Source: Klebsiella phage vB_Kp_Z1. Taken from it: DNA of 46,827 nt. Below, piece by piece: positions 43,920 through 46,827 of this stretch. Numbering within the stretch: position 1 is the stretch's first letter; each line of letters starts with the position of its first letter. The stretch lies in the sequence record PQ308734.1; one strand, 5' to 3'. The position numbers and the translations under genes were made by a program. The notes beneath the pieces were generated by a model. The model was given only the letters and a program-made list of their open reading frames with translations. It did no database searches and was not told where the DNA came from.

Positions 43920-44069
43920 ATGGGTAAGATTTTTAAGAGTAAGAAGGTTATTGCAGCTTTCGTTACCTTAGTTGTCGTTGTGCTTGGAGCAGCACTAGGG
44001 ACTGACTTGGGTGCAGATACTGCAAATACTATTACTGAGCTTGTCTGCACTATCGTGAGCTGCCAGTAA
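43920..44069 (+). CDS. Small single-TM protein (49 aa), a holin or antiholin candidate
   Basis: Charged N-terminus MGKIFKSKK, then the TM segment VIAAFVTLVVVVLGAALG. The stop overlaps the Rz start (TAATG). Not in the ORF track because it is under 60 aa. Confidence 0.45.
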   Translation: MGKIFKSKKVIAAFVTLVVVVLGAALGTDLGADTANTITELVCTIVSCQ

Positions 44070-44281
44070 TGATTAAAGCTCTCCTTGAAGTTCTGGCAAC
44101 CCTGCTCCGAGCTATTGAAAGGAAGCAAGCAAAGGAGGAGCAGCAAGATGCGCAAGCTGAAGCTGACCGTATTAGCACCAATCCTACTGAGTGGTTTAAT
44201 GACCACTTCAGGGTGCGTGATGCAGAAAGAAACAAGAAAGATGCCAGTAAAGCCATCCCTGACAACAGTCACACAAGTTGA
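44069..44281 (+). CDS. Rz-like inner-membrane spanin (70 aa)
   Basis: N-terminal TM segment IKALLEVLATLL, then a charged coiled-coil region. Rz1 overlaps it in the +1 frame. Confidence 0.6.
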   Translation: MIKALLEVLATLLRAIERKQAKEEQQDAQAEADRISTNPTEWFNDHFRVRDAERNKKDASKAIPDNSHTS

Positions 44282-44357
44282 CGGTCAGATGTGTATGAGC
44301 CTACTTGATGCAACTAGTCTTGGTCTCTACATCCTTGGATTAGAAAGAGGCTACTAA
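44148..44357 (+). CDS. Rz1-like outer-membrane lipoprotein spanin (from the internal ATG of ORF 44085-44357)
   Basis: MRKLKLTVLAPILLSGLMTTSGC is a lipoprotein signal with a lipobox (TSGC). It starts inside Rz in the +1 frame and extends past the Rz stop, the classic overlapped spanin pair. Confidence 0.55.
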   Translation: MRKLKLTVLAPILLSGLMTTSGCVMQKETRKMPVKPSLTTVTQVDGQMCMSLLDATSLGLYILGLERGY

Positions 44358-44419
44358 TGTAGCCTTATAACTCATAGCCATTCACAGTGAGTGGCTAGCA
44401 GTTATAAGGAGAGAATGAA

Positions 44420-46366
44420 ATGGCTTTAACAAGGCTTACATCACCTACTCGCTCATTTGATACAATACAGCAAGCCATTTCTTATGGCCCTAAATTTAGA
44501 GTTGGTGACAGGATCTTTATATATGGTGAGGAAGGTGTATCTTTCGATTATAAGGTTGGGTCTTATTTAGTAGATAATGGAACAGTATTTCAGGCAGGCT
44601 CAGGTTATCTAGTAAGATCATTTGAAGGTGCTGCTAGATCTTCTTGGTTCTCATCATGGTCAGGTCTGGTTACTTACATGTCATTACCGGGAAGATCTCT
44701 TATTGTGGACAATGAAGTTAAGGCAACATCTGTTATGTACTTAAAATCTTTATCATCCCTTAAGTTCACACCATCAGGTGTTATTGTACCAAATGACACA
44801 CCCTCTCAAGTTATTAATATCTTAGGTACAGAGCCAACAGCTTTCTCAAGTCTTGCTGGGGATATGAAGGCAAGCAGTGCGCTTGTAACATTCAGTGATA
44901 GCGTTGGTATTGTAGCAGGTGATAACGTAGTAATTAAATCTGACAGACCTTGTGACGGTGGCCCTAACTCTTATGGCGTAAGAGCCTCCGTCCTAAGGAC
45001 GGTTCTGGCAACAACTTCATCTGGCGGTATTACAACTGCACTATTAGACCAGACAGTGCACTATCCATTCCTTGTTTCAGAGAATGCTGTTATTGGCAAA
45101 TATTACCCAGTTAGTGATGTTGAGCTTGTTGATGTTAAGATAAATAAACAAGCTAATGTAACTACACCATTTACACTTGGTATATCAATGCAGTATTGCA
45201 ACAATATCAAGATTAAGGGTGGTGTACTTCAAGGCAGTAAGCCAGCTGGCACAGGTGATATAACAGGTAGATCAGCTATCAAGTTTAATAACTGCCGTAA
45301 CTCTTTTGTTGATGGAACTCATTTCTACTCTATTGGTTGGTACGGGGTAGAGGTACTTGGGGCTTCAGAGGATATACAGGTTAATAGGATTAAGGCGTGG
45401 GATGTACGACACGCTATTAGTCTTAACTGGCAGACTACAACAGATGGCCCTAAGTGGGGTGAGCCTATCACATTTAAGGCGAAGGACTGCATTGCTTATA
45501 ACACTGTTCAATCCGGGTTTGATACACATGATATTGGTAAGCGTATCCAGTTTATCAACTGCATTTCATATGATGCAGGTGATGACGGGTTCCAAGCCAG
45601 AACAAATGGTGTTGAATATATAGGATGTAAGGCATATAGACCTAAGCTAGATGGGTTTGCATCTAATACCGGTGTAGCTTTCCCTATTTATAGGGAATGT
45701 GTAGCATACAATGCACCACGAGCAGGCTTCAATACATCTTATGGCGGAGGTTATATATATGACTGTGAAGCACACTTCTGTGCAGATGGTGTAAGGACTA
45801 ATGGTGGAATTGTAGAGGGTGGCAGATACACTAATATATCTAAGGCTGAAATCTTTATAACTAAAGATGTTTCAGGGACTCAGCAGCTTCCTCTTGTTAT
45901 TAGAGATGTAGGTCTGAAGTATGATGGCAATGGGAGGGCTATATATTTCCATGGGACAATGGGAATTGACCCAACATTAGTGACTATTGAAGGTTGCGAC
46001 ATGACAGGTCATGGATTGGCTTGGGCACTTTTGTCTGGATACTCAACACAGCCAACACCACCTAGAATGAGTAGGAATATACTAGATGATGTCAATGTTC
46101 GTGGCGTAGCTACTTTAGTAGCTGGTACTGCAACTGTAAATGCTAGGGTTCGGGGGCAGTTTAGTTCTAATGCTAACACATTCAAGTGGGTATCTGAGAT
46201 TAAACTTACAAGGCTTACATACCCAAGTAATGCTGGCCCTATTTCTGTTACGGCAGTTACTCAAGATGCAAGTGTACCAACACCTAACCCAGACTTAAAC
46301 TCTTTCACTATAAAGAGTTCTAATTCGGCAGATACTTCACAAGTTATGTGGGAGATATTCCTCTAA
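44420..46366 (+). CDS. Tailspike with a right-handed beta-helix (pectate-lyase-like) fold; probable depolymerase-type receptor-binding protein (648 aa)
   Basis: Repetitive beta-helix-rung motifs (NNIKIKGGVLQG, IKFNNCRNSFVDGTHFY, NRIKAWDVRHAIS, FINCISYDAGDDGF). Its location at the right genome end after the lysis genes matches SP6/K1-5-type tailspike genes. Confidence 0.75.
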   Translation: MALTRLTSPTRSFDTIQQAISYGPKFRVGDRIFIYGEEGVSFDYKVGSYLVDNGTVFQAGSGYLVRSFEGAARSSWFSSWSGLVTYMSLPGRSLIVDNEVKATSVMYLKSLSSLKFTPSGVIVPNDTPSQVINILGTEPTAFSSLAGDMKASSALVTFSDSVGIVAGDNVVIKSDRPCDGGPNSYGVRASVLRTVLATTSSGGITTALLDQTVHYPFLVSENAVIGKYYPVSDVELVDVKINKQANVTTPFTLGISMQYCNNIKIKGGVLQGSKPAGTGDITGRSAIKFNNCRNSFVDGTHFYSIGWYGVEVLGASEDIQVNRIKAWDVRHAISLNWQTTTDGPKWGEPITFKAKDCIAYNTVQSGFDTHDIGKRIQFINCISYDAGDDGFQARTNGVEYIGCKAYRPKLDGFASNTGVAFPIYRECVAYNAPRAGFNTSYGGGYIYDCEAHFCADGVRTNGGIVEGGRYTNISKAEIFITKDVSGTQQLPLVIRDVGLKYDGNGRAIYFHGTMGIDPTLVTIEGCDMTGHGLAWALLSGYSTQPTPPRMSRNILDDVNVRGVATLVAGTATVNARVRGQFSSNANTFKWVSEIKLTRLTYPSNAGPISVTAVTQDASVPTPNPDLNSFTIKSSNSADTSQVMWEIFL

Positions 46367-46374
46367 AGGTAATT

Positions 46375-46530
46375 ATGCCACTTATCAAATCATTAAGTAA
46401 GAAAGCAGTTCAGCAGAACACAGCTGAGCTTATCGCAAGTGGTAGGCCAGCTGAACAAGCTTATGCTATTGCTAAAGATGTACAAAGAGATGCTAGGAAG
46501 CTTAAGAAGCCTTCTGGTGTCAAATCGTAA
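46375..46530 (+). CDS. Small basic protein (51 aa from ATG 46375)
   Basis: Last ORF before the right terminal repeat. The track gives 46348-46530, which would overlap the tailspike stop. Confidence 0.3.
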   Translation: MPLIKSLSKKAVQQNTAELIASGRPAEQAYAIAKDVQRDARKLKKPSGVKS

Positions 46531-46544
46531 CCAATTGGCAGCTT

Positions 46545-46632
46545 GCTAGGTAGTTAGGGTAAGCTGCTGTTAACTGGAGTAAGCTATATGATAGGTTATG
46601 GAGAAGGTTAAGTAAGCTAGCTAGGTAGCCAT
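46545..46632. repeat. Right-end CTAGGTAG motifs and TAAGCT repeats adjacent to the terminal repeat
   Basis: GCTAGGTAGTT at 46545 and GCTAGCTAGGTAGCC at 46617. The same motif family occurs near the left end and inside the DTR. Confidence 0.45.
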
Positions 46633-46700
46633 TAGTGGTTACTGTAAGCTGGCCTTGAACTAAAATTAGGTTGGGCAGCTAAGGCAGTTCCCGCCGCCGC

Positions 46701-46827
46701 CAGCTTCAGCTTTCCCCCATCGGGGGTGGCTGGCTGGCACCTCTTAGGCCGCAGGCAGTTAGAGGGGGTGGGTAGGCTGGCTAGGTAGCTGGCAGCAGCT
46801 GGCTGTGGCTAGCGTAAGTCATTGATG
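46701..46827. repeat. Right direct terminal repeat (127 bp)
   Basis: Exact copy of 1-127 at the far right end of the window. Confidence 0.9.

Noticed and set aside
2608-46366. All minus-strand ORFs in the track (for example 2608-2913, 4369-4902, 10531-10902, 12336-12698, 23549-24106, 24423-24971, 40202-40636, 43904-44272)
   Set aside because: Every one lies antisense within a well-supported + strand gene or a structured intergenic region. T7-like genomes are transcribed entirely from one strand, there are no promoters or SD sequences on the minus strand, and these ORFs are typical shadow ORFs.

Overview
The window looks like a complete, linear genome of a T7/SP6-like podovirus (Autographiviridae-type layout), about 46.8 kb long and bounded by identical 127-bp direct terminal repeats (1-127 and 46701-46827). 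Every convincing gene is on the + strand, and all minus-strand ORFs in the track look like shadow ORFs.

Gene order, left to right:
- a 1.6-kb gene-free left end packed with short repeats and host-type promoter candidates;
- small early genes;
- a single-subunit T7-like RNA polymerase (3844-6477);
- a terminator followed by a repeat-rich, origin-like region;
- a primase-helicase gene whose Walker A motif is interrupted by a group I intron carrying a NUMOD4-HNH endonuclease;
- a family A DNA polymerase, an SSB-like protein, a tRNA-like element caught between two phage promoters, and a one-gene promoter-gene-terminator unit;
- a free-standing HNH-AP2 endonuclease, a 5'-3' exonuclease, endonuclease VII, a metallophosphoesterase with an N-terminal HTH, a HAD phosphatase, a T4 gp1-like dNMP kinase and an ATP-dependent ligase;
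- a GNAT acetyltransferase, portal, scaffold, major capsid, tail tubular A and B, internal virion proteins, a tail-fibre adaptor, a holin-like protein and the small terminase;
- a large terminase gene split after Walker B by a second, related group I intron with an endonuclease-like ORF;
- a 1173-aa tail fibre, an SLT-type endolysin, a small membrane protein, overlapping Rz/Rz1 spanins and a beta-helix tailspike.

Seven or eight copies of a previously unrecognised phage-RNAP promoter 23-mer, consensus ATTAGGCACTACAATAGGAGAAG (SP6-like architecture), sit in front of the DNA-metabolism, capsid and fibre genes.

The most notable findings are the two related group I introns inside essential ATPase genes, a tRNA-like RNA with no anticodon arm sitting between two promoters, and a recurring family of CTAGTAC palindromic hairpins.
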